Shown: piece after piece, positions 27,008-39,540 of the stretch
How positions within the stretch are numbered: the stretch's first letter is position 1
How the letters are laid out: every line of letters begins with the position of its first letter
Origin: Spongospora subterranea f. sp. subterranea
Lineage: Eukaryota
Direction: 5' to 3'
Assembly: GCA_049724395.1 (NCBI GenBank)
Contig: JAUGWO010000120.1
Coordinates: forward strand, 124,001 to 188,000
Length of the DNA: 64,000 nucleotides
Position numbers and translations under genes: made by a program
The notes under the pieces: model-generated
Told to the model about the DNA's origin: nothing
Seen by the model: only the letters and a program-made list of their open reading frames with translations
Databases searched by the model: none

Positions 27008-27245
27008 GCTTTACCTCCCGCTCCATGGAATTCTAGAAAATCGAGACTTCAGCGCGAATAATGTCGATTTTACAGGTCGATGGCCGGCAGTTCCACAGTG
27101 GGCAATAATCAACAACCGTCATTTCAGCAAATTTTCCGAATCTGGAATCCAAATCAATTTTTTCTCGGGTAAAACCTAAATACTTTTAGCGGGACTCAGT
27201 TAATTTGTCATACATGATGCAACTACTATGCTGTGAATTTGGCCT
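27008..27245 (-). repeat. Inverted, diverged copy of the integrase zinc-binding region at 29310-29531
   Basis: The reverse complement aligns by eye with 29310-29531; both translate PQWAIINNRxFSKFSESGIQI on opposite strands. Confidence 0.85.
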
Positions 27246-27249
27246 TCGG

Positions 27250-29760
27250 AGCATGGTAAAGTTCCTGTTGTTAAACGTGTCTCATTTGCTGATGCTACTA
27301 CTACTGTTGGATATCAGGAGGATATGCCCGTTTTCCAGTCGAAACGAGTATCTTTAGAAGATGCTTGGGAGTTTCTCACTCCAACTCCATTCTCACGTAT
27401 CCGAGAGATTACTTTCTGTTTCGTCTTCCAGCCTCAGTTGATGATGGGACTGATTTCTCCGTTATGGATCAAAATTTCGGAAAACTGTTGCCTCAGTTTT
27501 CTTGTCGTGTAGCTAATGATCAAGTTTTAAGTTGCCGGCAAAGTGTCAACAGATTGTGGCCCCATTATAGTTCGCAGGCATCAGGTCTATGTGTCAAATA
27601 CGCCTATGTCTGAGGCTTTACTGCGAAGACCATTCTTGAAGCATATTGGTATTGATGTTGAAAACCAGCTGAGAAGTATTGCAGGCCAGCAGCCGGAGGC
27701 TGATTTTTCAGGGCTTGATCATCAATTGAATCCTTATCTCCTCGACTTTGAGAAGATTCAGTTGCTGAAGTTACTCATTCTTTGAGGAAATTTGTTACAA
27801 AATTTATTTCAGGATATATTAATCAAGTTGGGCTGTGATCCACCTGTTAAAGTCAAACCACTTGAACTGAGACTTAAAGATGGAGCAGTACCAATATTTT
27901 CGGGGCCGAGGAGGATGTCCCGTGTAGCGGAAGAATATCTCAAGGCGTGGACCAGCGAGCTGGAAAGATGCCATTTGATATACCGGAATACCTCCTCTGA
28001 ATGGCCTTTGTGGTGGATCCTTATACTCGACCTCGGTTGGTTATCGATATGGTGTCTGTGAATAAGTCTGTGATCCTAACAGTTTCCGCCCTATCTTCAT
28101 ACGTATGGCAGTTATCTTAACGGGTTCGCAACTTTATTTTACTCTCGATGCTTTCAAGGGTTATGGCAGATTCCTGTTTCTGGTTATCTCGATTGCCGAA
28201 GTTTCATCACTTCAAAGGCATTTTTACATCCACGCGTATCAATCAAGGGAACTGCAAAAAGTTTTCGCATTTCAACGTGATACATGTACAGTATACAATT
28301 TTAATTTTTGATTTAACATCAAAGTCTCTTTTGGTTTGATTGATGGAGAGCGCCTTCGCCTTATTAGACATTGTGTTTCCAAAGTGTCGGGAACATGGTC
28401 TCAAGTTCAATGCTTTCAAATGCCGCTTTTACCAGACTCGCGATTATGGTGTGGAAGAGTTGATCAAGCTCAAGGCATCGGCGTGGATCCGGAACGAACC
28501 ACAGCTTTAACGCAGGTTCCGCCTCCCACAACTGTGGCTCAGTTGATGCAGTTCATTTGTTCATCAATTTGGCTCTCGGAAAGTTTTCCAAATTGTGCCC
28601 AGCTAATTAATCCACTTGGGAAAATCTACAAAAAAGAACTATCAGGCTCTCCTATTCAATCCAAGAAGTATGCAGCAAGGATTCATCTTCATGACGTGGG
28701 ATGGTCGGAACAGCATTCCGGTCATATTTGAAAATGTCATTCGTAACTGTGTTGAGCTTGCCTATCCCAACATTGACCTAGTTCCATGCCTTTCACTGAT
28801 GCCAGTCAGGAGTTTATGTGAACACGAAGACCTATATTTGCCCTTCAATCAGCAGCGCCTTGAACCGCTATGTTTCCATTCTAAAACTCTTCACATGATC
28901 TGCTATAAATTGGTCTGTTCTTGAGAAAGAGGCATTTCCCATACAATATGCTGCGCGGCGATTTGATTATCACCTTTGAACAGGTAAATATGACTTTCAC
29001 GTTTTGACGGATCACAAGAATCTGGTTTTTCTTGATAATCCAACGTCGTCCGATGTCCTGCTGCACCGTTATACCGTCAACAAAATTCATCGATGGCGGC
29101 TGCATTTCGATATCAAAACGATATGGTATTGAAAGTATTTCCGGTGACGAGAATGTTTAAGCGGTCATTGATACAAGACGATGGTGGTCTCAAGGCTGAA
29201 CGTAAGACAATTTCAAAATGTGAGTCCAACAATTCCCGGAACTGTTCAACCGATGATGGATCCTGATTTCTCATGGTCGAACCTACTGTCAATTCGGTAA
29301 GCTCTGATCAGGCCAAATTCGGAGCATAATAGTTGCATCATGTATGGCAAATTAATTGAGTCCGCTGAAGGTGTTTTGGTTATGATTTGGATTCCAGATT
29401 CGGAGAATTTGCTGAAATTACGGTTATTGATTATTGCCCACTGTGGAGGTGCGGCCATCGACCTGTAAATCGACTTTATTCGCGCTGAAGTCTCGATTTT
29501 TTTGGAATTCCATGAAGCGTGAGGTAAAAGCATTTTGTTCTAATTGCTTACATTGTACCACCAATCGAGGCGGGGAATTCATCCCCCGATCTTTAAAACA
29601 AGCCACACATGGGTCTAATGCAAATCACGTCATTTATTTTGATTTTTGGGCTATCCAAGTTGCAGAAATTCAAGTATCTTTAGTTATTCGTGGTTGGAAT
29701 AAATTCTTCCACATTATAAGCGCGATTCTTGTGAAAGCAGCATTTGAAAGCATTTAACTT
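27250..29760 (+). mobile_element. Degenerate Ty3/Gypsy LTR-retrotransposon pol
   Basis: Frameshifted fragments in PR-RT-RH-IN order: LLRRPFL, PLELRLKDGAVP..PRR, YFTLDAFKGY, GIGVDPER..VPPPTTVAQLMQF, TDHKNL, IAHC..FWNSMKREVKAFCSNCLHC. LTRs not resolved. Confidence 0.85.
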
Positions 29761-30185
29761 GAGAAATTTACGTTGACCTACTGTCACTTTGTTGATGGGA
29801 CTGAAGCCCAGTTCTTCGCTGGATGCAATTTGGATTCAATTGGTACAAACCGTCAATTCCATTCGTCGGCAAAGTTGAACAGAAAGGCAATATGATCCCG
29901 AGAAACTTGTTCATATTTTTTCACAAAGCGATTCCAAACCTGTCGACGGAACAATCAGCATACGATCTTATATTGGTTTAGTTCAAGGTGTAAAGGGGGT
30001 CCTTCGACCCTGGATTTTCCGCCCAAAGGTTTGTTTTGGTGGACAAGGTCAGACTCATCAATATTATCAATTTTTACGGAACGTTCATGTTATTGAAGTG
30101 GCTTTAGGTTGGACCGAACCTTAACACACTCAATTTGTGCGGCCGATTGTAAACACAGCAATCATATCATACACACGATCAAGCA

Positions 30186-30566
30186 ATGATCGTTGTACAG
30201 AATAACCGGCAATGTCTCGTATGGCCGGTGTTCGGAATATTGCTGATTTTAGTGGCATTGATAGTTTGGACAATCCCAGTCAGAGAAAGTGCAGTAATCG
30301 CGTCGATCTTATTTTCAATCGGAATATTCTTTGTCATCATTGGATTGGTATGTATGGCTCTACAATGTCTTATAAATACTCCAACCATCACTATATTACC
30401 AGCTCAACCAGTACAGACAACCTCATCACCACAACTTGCTGGTCAGCCTCAAACAGCTCAAACAACTCAACCAATAGTTCAATCAGACGCTTCAACACCA
30501 GCAAGCGCAGCTCCACAACCAACACCGAATCAATTGCAACAACAATCGTTTACTCCAGCAGGTTGA
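30186..30566 (+). CDS. Small two-TM protein with a Gln/Pro/Thr-rich tail
   Basis: 126-aa ATG ORF with two hydrophobic segments and a low-complexity tail. Confidence 0.55.
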   Translation: MIVVQNNRQCLVWPVFGILLILVALIVWTIPVRESAVIASILFSIGIFFVIIGLVCMALQCLINTPTITILPAQPVQTTSSPQLAGQPQTAQTTQPIVQSDASTPASAAPQPTPNQLQQQSFTPAG

Positions 30567-31176
30567 AAGAGAGGTATGTTGACTCCAGACTCTAGCGCCG
30601 TTTCACAACTAATCAATAGACAGGACTTCATATGAAAAGGCAGTATACCCAGCAAGCACAATTCATATTGTTGTATCAATTTGCCCACTTTGGAGAAATA
30701 TAACCAAAGAGTAGGAATATCATGAGCTTAGTTCCAGTTTTTGTCGAAGAATAAAATTTATGCAAACATTTTCTACTCTGGTTGACACAAATACCTTTTT
30801 CAGTGATGATATTTAAAGTTGAAGCTACAACGGTGGTGCAGATTGATGGACTATTGCTTAAATGTTCTACAAAACAACTGAAACACGAGTTGTTTAAGCG
30901 AGTTGGCATTGAGGACGAACAGAGCGAAACAAGTTGGCGTGATTTGCATCACTTGCAACCGTAACAAATCTGACAAATTTTTCCCAACTGTTATTTCGGT
31001 TGATGTCAGTTTTGACGAGGGAAATGAAGAAGATGCTCGCTGTGCGGTTTCATACGTCAAAAATTCACTGAAACTTCCTGGTTCACATAGCACCGTTCGG
31101 GGATATTTCAATTGACATGGAATAGTATGTAAACTGTCAAATACTCTACATCACCAGATGCTTCAGCAAAATAAGT

Positions 31177-31250
31177 CGTCCAAGGTGGGACTCGAACCCA
31201 CAACCTCTCGATTAACAGTCGAACGCGCTGACCGGTTGCGCCACTCAGAC
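31177..31250 (-). tRNA. tRNA-Asn(GTT)
   Basis: GTCTGAG/CTTGGAC acceptor stem, TGGCGCAACCGG A box, TCGA-CTGTTAA-TCGA anticodon arm, GGTTCGAGTCC B box, TTTT just downstream. Confidence 0.97.
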
Positions 31251-31779
31251 TCTAACTCTGTATATGGGGCTCCAGGTTAGCAATCATATCATAATTGGCC
31301 CTTCTTTGAAAAATTGCTTCTGGATGGGTCGTATTCTAGTTTTATTTGAATGAGGAACAGTTCAATAGGTTGCTGTACTGTTTTTGCATTTGAAAATGTC
31401 GTACTGTTGAACATCATCGGTTCTAATACATCATGAGTCAATCAAACAGTCCAAACAGCCGTCAATTCGAATAGTATTCATTGTATTCAATCGTAGTAGC
31501 TGCTCATCACCGCCCGGGCCCATGCTCTGTGCATGCTTTGCGAAACTACAGGTAATATTCACCGTTTGTTCAGGTTTGTTCATTGGTAGAATGCGCAGCC
31601 TCGATCTCATAATCATAATGATGAAAGAGGGACCCCGTTAGTGAAAGATAAGGCGGAACCCGCTGGATTTTGCCCTGCAGATATAATAATGTTTAGCGAG
31701 TAGAGGCTAATGCTACCATCATTGCTATCGAATACACTAATCTTCACACTCACTTCACCTCATATCATTGTGGCCGGTA

Positions 31780-32697
31780 ATGGAGGAAGGCGATCGTTTC
31801 AGGACCAGTGACTTAATTGCTCGCATTGGCCATACGAAAGATCTACTGCAGCCGTTGTTTGAAGACTTGATTGCAGCCTTGAAGCGAATTGACGAGCTTG
31901 AAGCTGAAAATCGACAACTACGGAATGACGCGCGCGATAAGGCAGCTGTCGCCATCCAACGCTGCTTTCGACGATGGCGTATTCTGCATCGGGTTCGAGA
32001 TCTTCTCTATGAGATCGGAATTACTAAGGCCAGCAAAGGCCTGTCTCGTAGCAGTATTTTTGCAGTCGAAGAGCGCCGCGCTCTCGAAAACGATGCTCGA
32101 TTGGAGACTGTTCGTTGTAGTGACGACGAAAAATTAGTAGTCTCTGGGCCGAGGCGGCGGTTACTGTTAGAACTTGAAAGAAGGATTTCTGATTATGTTG
32201 ATATGGATATGCTGTCATATGACCTCCCCAGCCCCGCTGGCATCAGTTATGGGGAAGAGGATGAGGCGACGGTATTACGAGCATCTGAGGGATCGTGCTC
32301 TCCGGTACGAAAGGCCTTATCACCACAACGTCGAGTATCGATGGCGTTCATGCCAATTAATCCGGTCGTAACCAAACGATATGTTGAGCCGCAACATCCC
32401 GTTGATGATACCCCATACCAAACGTCAACGTCAACAGCTTCTTCACGCAGGACAATGAGCAGAAGGCAATCGTGCGGTTCTGAGTCGCTAACATCCAGGG
32501 AGACGTCGCCAAATCGAATTACGCAAGGCCTACATATAACTGCAGTCACACCTGTGAAAGAGGACCAGGAGGTACTTTCGACGCCCAAGAAGAAAACATG
32601 GTGGCACAATTCGCCAAACGCATTCAAACTGAAGCGACGACTCAGTGATGTGTTCCACAGAAATCCGTCGAGAACCCGTTCGGCTTGTGACTTATGA
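31780..32697 (+). CDS. Coiled-coil and IQ-motif protein
   Basis: Long ORF; ALKRIDELEAENRQLR followed by the IQ motif AAVAIQRCFRRWR. Confidence 0.7.
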   Translation: MEEGDRFRTSDLIARIGHTKDLLQPLFEDLIAALKRIDELEAENRQLRNDARDKAAVAIQRCFRRWRILHRVRDLLYEIGITKASKGLSRSSIFAVEERRALENDARLETVRCSDDEKLVVSGPRRRLLLELERRISDYVDMDMLSYDLPSPAGISYGEEDEATVLRASEGSCSPVRKALSPQRRVSMAFMPINPVVTKRYVEPQHPVDDTPYQTSTSTASSRRTMSRRQSCGSESLTSRETSPNRITQGLHITAVTPVKEDQEVLSTPKKKTWWHNSPNAFKLKRRLSDVFHRNPSRTRSACDL

Positions 32698-33790
32698 CGG
32701 CTAGTGAAGGCATCGCCATTATTCCATCATCATTCAGTATAAGAAGCCATAAATATCAGTGGATGTTCATATAATGATGGCTGTAAACCTCGTCATTTGG
32801 AAAAAACGCTTGACGATAGGAGTCGACTCTCACCACGTTGACGAACTCATACGTAATGGCTACCTTGTTAAAAAAACAGCTTTTGATTGTATCATGGTAG
32901 CTCTGATGAATTTGTGATTGGCACCAACCGGGACCGGGGTTCGCTACTATTTCACTGGAACCAATTCCTTGATAGCTCTGACTCTTACAGCGACGATGAT
33001 GACCTGGTTCAGACGATATGATTAGTCGAAGTGGAGCAGGTGATTTAGCGCTGCTCAACAAGGTCCCACCAGAAGAGACTCAAGAAAGGATCACGCTCGG
33101 GTCGAATTCGGATAAGGATCGTCGCCGTGAGAAATACCTGCCGCGGAAGAGTTCCCAACGGGATTTGAGTGGCATGTGAAATGCTTTGAAGTGTGGATCT
33201 TTGTCGCAAAGGAACCTCTTTGACTTTCTGCTGGATGAGCTCTCCAATCTCCTTCTTTTTCGCTCACACCGACCCTTTCTTCTGGCGCTCACATCGACAG
33301 CGCCATCAACGGTGTACTGCTTTTTGGCGGTTGATTAGATTCGCGAGACCGACTTTGTAGTTACAGAAAACTTCTGTGCAATAGATCCAATTTTTCCCTT
33401 CGGAAGTTGCAGACTCTGTACGCAATCAATAAATCTGCCAGATTAGGTTGACGCTTCTCGTTGTTGAGATCGAAACTGGCTCCCATAGGACTAAAATGAG
33501 GTGAACCGAAACGCAACGCAAATTGGGGGCTTCTACCCCGTTCGGCATATCCTTGGATTTGTCATGAGAGTACATTGCGCCTTCAGCGGACAGGCCGCGA
33601 AAAGGCAGCCTTTAGCTACTCACAGGTCGACAAAGAGCACATGACATCAAACAAAACTCCTCTTGAAAAAATTTACTGTAAATGCACACAAATACCGGTA
33701 TAGCATTCACAGAGTTTTTCAACAATAATCAATCCGGGTTGAAAAGTCTGCAAACGTGCAGGGGATAGCGACTGTGACTGTTTCCAAAGA

Positions 33791-34451
33791 CTCGTTGCCG
33801 AAATATCGTACGAATGCTTTTGCCTCGTCGCTGGCACAAATGTCGGTTCTTGCCTCTGGACTGATGAAATTCGCTGGATCCCAACCCGTCCGTTTCAGAA
33901 GGTATAGTAAAGTTTGACCGTCCTCGCTGACATCGAGTGTTGGGACAAATCCAGTTACCAAAGCCAGTATAACCGCAATGTACGAGGTTTCATTTGTTAT
34001 GTACTGAATGGTTTCTTGTCTTTGTCGGTTGGAGATTACTCAATGGACAATGATCACCAGATTCTGACGACTACGATGATTCGCCAGTCACTCCGAAAGT
34101 CCAGCCGGCCATTCTTAGTCTTGGTAGTCCCAAGAGCCGACAGGCAAAAAAGACTTTGAGCAACCAGCAATGGCAATCTTCAATATGACACCTGCTGCGG
34201 CTACAAAAGCCGCTGGTTTCAGCATTGACGTACTTTTACATGAAACCATTTAGTACACATCAAATGGAACCTCGTACATTGCCGTTATACTGGCTTTGGT
34301 AACTGGATTTGTCCCAACACTCGATGTTAGCGAGGACGGTCAAACTTTGATATACTTTCTGAAACGGACGAGCTGGGATTCAGCCGGATTGCCCAGAGGC
34401 AAGGGCCGACATCGACGAAGCAAAGCATTCGAACAATATTTCGGCAACGAG
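33791..34451. repeat. Inverted repeat with arms 33791-34015 and 34242-34451 and a spacer of about 226 bp
   Basis: Arms are reverse complements with scattered substitutions and two small deletions in the right arm. Confidence 0.9.
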
Positions 34452-34734
34452 AAGCAAAAATAAAGTAATATCCCTAAAACTTTTACAAAAAACGAAACCA
34501 ACTCCGAATGACCGCTGCCTCCAGACGGTAGTCAACAATTAATACCACAGAGTACTAGAGGGATTTCGGTAGCATTTCTAAAAGTTCAATTTGTGGTTTC
34601 AATGGCTAGTTCGTCACGAATCTTCATCGTAGAGAGCCTGCATCTAGCATATCGCATAATTGGAGTTCCAATGAATTCCAGTGCAAATGATATTGAATGA
34701 TATCTATGGCATATTACGATAATAATTCGCTTAA

Positions 34735-35481
34735 TTAGGATACAGTAGTTTTGAGAAATGCCTCCAGATGTTGTCTCTGAAACTTCACGAATTCCTTCTC
34801 ATCCTGTCGTTTTTTTTCCTGGACTGCTCGACGTTCACCATCCTGTCGCTCAACGGTTTCGTATCTTGTTCGAAGCCCCTCAAGCTCGACTTTCAGCGCA
34901 GATTTTTTGGACTCCAGTTCGGCGATCTTTTCAGCTAGAGACCCAGTTCCAAGCTCAGCTTGCAGCGACTTTCGAATACCAAAAACAATACTGCTTTGAT
35001 ATAGAGTTTCATATGCCGCTATTGACATTCGTGCTTCGTCACGAATGCGCAGCAACAGCAGCCCTCGTTCAGGGCACTCGATCGTCACCTGACGCATCAG
35101 CTCGTCAAACGTCTGCGAGTACAACTCCTCGCGGACTGGGCAAATGCCTGTCTCTCGCGCCTGACGCAACTGTAGCCGATCGTCCAAGGTGATCTGTAGC
35201 TTGATCACGTCTTCGCGAGATGTCGGCTTCATCGATACGCATTGCAATTTACCATTAACCATCCGTGGTGGTAGAATTGATTTTAGCACCTCACTCAACT
35301 GTTGCGTCTTCCCAGTTTTGGGCGTCACTGCTTCCCCAACCTTGTATAATTTCCTAGGTCAATTCCTATCGTAATTCAATGGCAAAACTCTCACCGATGT
35401 CTCGTATTGAAGCAGTGTTTCGGCGATCGCATCAATCGGCTGAAGATCTGTTGCGACTGGCTCAGTAGTTCTGGAGCCCAT
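34735..35481 (-). CDS. DNALI1: Axonemal inner-arm dynein light intermediate chain p28
   Basis: Exons 35481-35395 and 35340-34735; SILPPR, RQARETGICPVREELYSQTFDELMRQVTIECPERGLLLLRIRDE. Confidence 0.92.
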
Positions 35482-35903
35482 TTTCGTGTCTGAATTGATC
35501 GGCGTCAAATCCTGTTAATGTTAATAGTGAATACCGGCCGGCAGCTCATTAGTCGGTCTATCACTACCCGTCACAGGCATGGGTCATGATAGTCTCAAGC
35601 TGTGTCAATATATCGCCAGCACCATCACACACAGGCCTTATAGGGCTGCTGTTCACTTTGATATACCTGCATTTCTCGCCGCCATTTCTATTATGATAAA
35701 AATGCTGGGTTCATTCCTGTCGGAATCGAAAAAACTTGTTGCGTCGTCAGTGTTTGATTTCACATTTTGCAGCTGTGGCTCAATGAGGTAATAATGACTC
35801 AAAACTGCGAAATCGCTCATTGTCGAAAACATTGCGAAAATAGATTAAAGCGACTACAACTTTATTTAGCGCTTGGTGTTTTCGGTCAACTCCAAATGAT
35901 TCA

Positions 35904-36584
35904 TTAAGAGACAGTAGAGATGGGAGGCGTTGATCGTCCTAAACCTTGTCCACCAGTTCCGGATCGGGTATCATATGCGCCCATATCGATCGCCTTGCCC
36001 GTCGCCTTCTGATAAGTTTCGACCATAGGAGTAAACGCGTAATACGTTAAGAAACAATTAATGAACGTTGTGATCGCCAATAATACTGAGAACACACAGA
36101 GTGGGACGAATGGAGAACTATAGATTGATCTCTCGCCCGCGATCATTCCACTGTTAACAGCCTGAACACGCAAACAATATAATTCAGATCAAACCTGATC
36201 GACCCTCACTGTCGCTAATCGTGAAACGACCAGATACCGTAAACAATAGATATTGAAAAAAATTGTCGTTTGTCAACTGACCTCAATTATGGCAAGCTGC
36301 ATTAGGATAATGTTCATGCCGAAAAAGGTTCCGATGTTGAAAGCGGATCTGTGACGTTTTACATGGAACAATGCAATACTCCAAAAGTGAGGAATTAGAA
36401 ATGTTAATGCTATCCAACAGAGAACAGCTGTATCTGCTGCTGTCAGGAAGTAATTGGCAGCGCAAACGAATGCTGAGACGGCAAATCCAATTACGAATAG
36501 GAATTGAAGAACCCAGAAAGCATATAACGCCCCAAGGGTTCCGCGCCACTTCTCTTTCTGCTGCCCTCTGTTGCCGGCGTACAT
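35904..36584 (-). CDS. Uncharacterised multi-pass membrane protein, two exons
   Basis: About four hydrophobic segments across ORFs 36273-36584 and 35904-36173, separated by a GT-AG intron. Confidence 0.6.
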
Positions 36585-36739
36585 GGCGACAACACTCTTT
36601 TACCAGTTCTGGCTAGAACCTCCCCTTATTTGGTATGATCGCTTCAGTCCGAAATTAGCCTCCGATGAAAAAAACGGTCCGACCAGCTCCGAAATAAGTA
36701 GCCAGTTTGAGCTTGAATAAATATTCATATATCCAGACT

Positions 36740-39316
36740 ACGCTGGCGCTAATTTCAAGATCTGGTAACCTAGTCGTCCCTGCCCAACGATTGCCAGAAA
36801 ACAAGTATAGGGGAAACGACAATATATATATATAATTTCAAAAATATATCCCCAGACTAAGTTTTTCTACGGGATGGGGAAAAGTTTCCCATCAGCATCA
36901 TATATTGGGCAACGGGGGCTGTGCACGGGTCTCCAGAGCGTTTAACTGAGCTACTGCGGTTGACAGCTGGCGGCGGAGGAACTAGTGTTTTGATATAATG
37001 TAGCCTGAAAGCAGGAAATATTAGACGAAATTACATTTGATATTTGTTAATGCAGAAAGTCCCAGTTTCAGAAACGAGAGTTCTTTCTACAAGAGTATGC
37101 GACGTCGATGGATCACCTTTCCATGGCACTGGCGTGACGTCGTTGCTTCGCTATGTGCATCAGTCGATGCCGCCGCGCTTTTTTGTTAAACAGCATCCGG
37201 GTCCGGTCGCTCTAACCGCCGAAACAATTTAACTAATGAACAAAGGTGATACTTATATTTACTGACGGAAAATTGCCATATATCGCCAGGTTCTCCTTTA
37301 TCGTCGTCTGAAGTCGGTTGGAAGCCATCGTTATCGTAAATATCGCTGATTGAGGAGTTGCAACCAATTTCCTCTGATGTTGGATTACATGATAATGGCC
37401 GTAAAGAAGACAATATCGGCGGTAGAGATAGTTTGGGCAAATCTTCCAAAATGTCAGAGGAAGAGCATAGTCTATCTGGCATCAGAACGGGACTAGCAAT
37501 CGACAATTCTTTTGTAGAAGCTTTGAACTCTACGATTTGCTTTTGGATGGGTTGACATTTGGGTTCGGTATACGGCGGCAGCGATATCACCGACCTCAAT
37601 GCCGACACAACGTCATCGTGTATAAAATCAAAGAATCCGTCATTAAGTCGTTCAATATCGTCTTGGTCTTCGTCAAACTTGGAAAGTGCCGCTAGTTTTA
37701 TATGCCGAACCTTGCGCAAAACGTTTTTCGCTGTCCACCATCGTTTTATAACAGACGCCGCTTGGACCCTCGCTTTATAGCGTCTCCAGCACTTTTGAAT
37801 GCAATGTGACGCTTCCTGACGGATCCGTTCACGAAATGACGGCCGGTAGCGTAACCAGAACTCACTGATGAGATGGACGGCGCGTTGACTTCCCATGCGC
37901 CACTGAACCAGTAGTGCACTGAGAGAGCACATCCGATCTCCTTCGTAAACGTTTCGGCAATCGGAAATGGTTGCGCTATCACTAATTGGCCTAGCGTAAT
38001 GTTCGCGTAACGCTGATTCCGCCCAGTTGGTGTGGTGTTGCCTGCTGGTGCGTAGTCGGGGAACCCATTCTGCCTTGACAGTGACGATGGGGTCGACCAA
38101 CAACGTATGCAAGAGGGGTGTCACTCCGATATTGATAATGGTCAGCGGGTTACCGGTCAGATTCATGTACTGTAACAGTCCTAACGAGATATCGCCATCA
38201 ACACATTTCAGCCCACACCGCGCCACCATGAGAACGACGCAACCGCTTGGGCAGAGACGCCGCTAATATCACCGTAATATTATTATCGCTGATGTCGAGC
38301 GTTTCTAAATGCGGTTGGGCTCCAAACGCCCTCAAATCCGAAATCCCCTGTCCTCTACACTCCATGATCCGGATATGAAAACCAGGTACGATTTTAGGGG
38401 CCGGTGGCGCTTGCCTCCTCCAAATCTCATGTCGTTGTGTAAAATTATCTTGTCGCACAGAAGCCCCGACGCTTCGCAAGATTACGTCAGGCCCTGATAT
38501 GGACATCGTCATTGCTTCATCCGGCTTTTTTGTTAGTTTCGCACGAAGCAACATTCGTCGTTGTCGTTCACAGCGACGCTCGATCTTGAATTCTTCGGCG
38601 ATGCGTATTCGTGAAGCCTCGTCCGCTTTAGCCATAGCTTTCTTCTCTTCTTCTACATCGCACGCCATTTTCTGGCGTCGTTGTTTCTCATTATTGTCCT
38701 CTGATACCATTCTCTGCCGTTCACTGGCAACCCGTGAAAACTCTTGAAGAATTTGTCGTTGCCGGCGGTCTTCAGTCTGCATTCGGCGGCGCTCTTGTTT
38801 TAGGCGGCGCTGATTGTCCTGTATTGTACGAGTAGCTATTTCATCCTCCAATTCCATTAATCTGCGCTCCTCTGCTGCGTGGGCCTGCCGTTCTCTGAAA
38901 AGTTCAATTTCCTGCCATCGTCGGCGCGATTCATGGCTTTTCCGTTCAGTTTCCACCTTCAAATCCGCAAGTTTTATCTGAAGGACTTCAACATCGCCTT
39001 CGATACCTAGTCGTCCTTCACTTTCTTGCCGACTGTCGTCCTCATCGTTGCGAGTGATGCTTCGATTTCTTGTTCCTTTCATAGCCGTCGCTGAACCACC
39101 TTCGCCTTTCAAAATATAGTCACATTGTTCGACATGCGACAACCATTGAGTAAAGACATCATTTTCATCCACACATGTACCCAAGTCGACGGCGGTCTGC
39201 TCTTCATAATCACTGTCGTAATTTTCAAGCTCTGATAGTTCCCCATCCCGTAAAGCTAGAAGTTCTAGCTCTAGTTCAGCAAGTGCATCCTCCTCCTCGG
39301 CATCGCTTGTCTCCAT
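36740..39316 (-). CDS. LRR and IQ-motif protein, LRRIQ1-like (3' end approximate)
   Basis: Acidic N-terminus, coiled coil, LRRs (LETLDISDNNI, LQYMNLTGNPL), IQ motifs (IQKCWRRY, IKRWW), spliced WQFS-SDRTRMLFNKKARR tail. Confidence 0.7.
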
Positions 39317-39540
39317 CCACAGAGCTTTATATCAATGCTTTGGATTTCGGCGACACCGAATGCCTGTAACGATCGATCGGTACATTAACCAAACCGGGCT
39401 GTTTATATTTTCGGGACATTCAAATTAGGAATCCATCAAGAAACATGGTTTCAACAACAATATATATTCAAAATCACGCCGGCAAGAAAAAAGCCAAACT
39501 TTATATAAATTTTATCTAGACGAGCCATTGACCGGATATA

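Noticed and set aside
26470..30010. Candidate LTR ends at GTGAAAGGGG (26475) and GTGTAAAGGGGG (29988)
   Set aside because: Similarity does not extend; no PBS or target-site duplication found.
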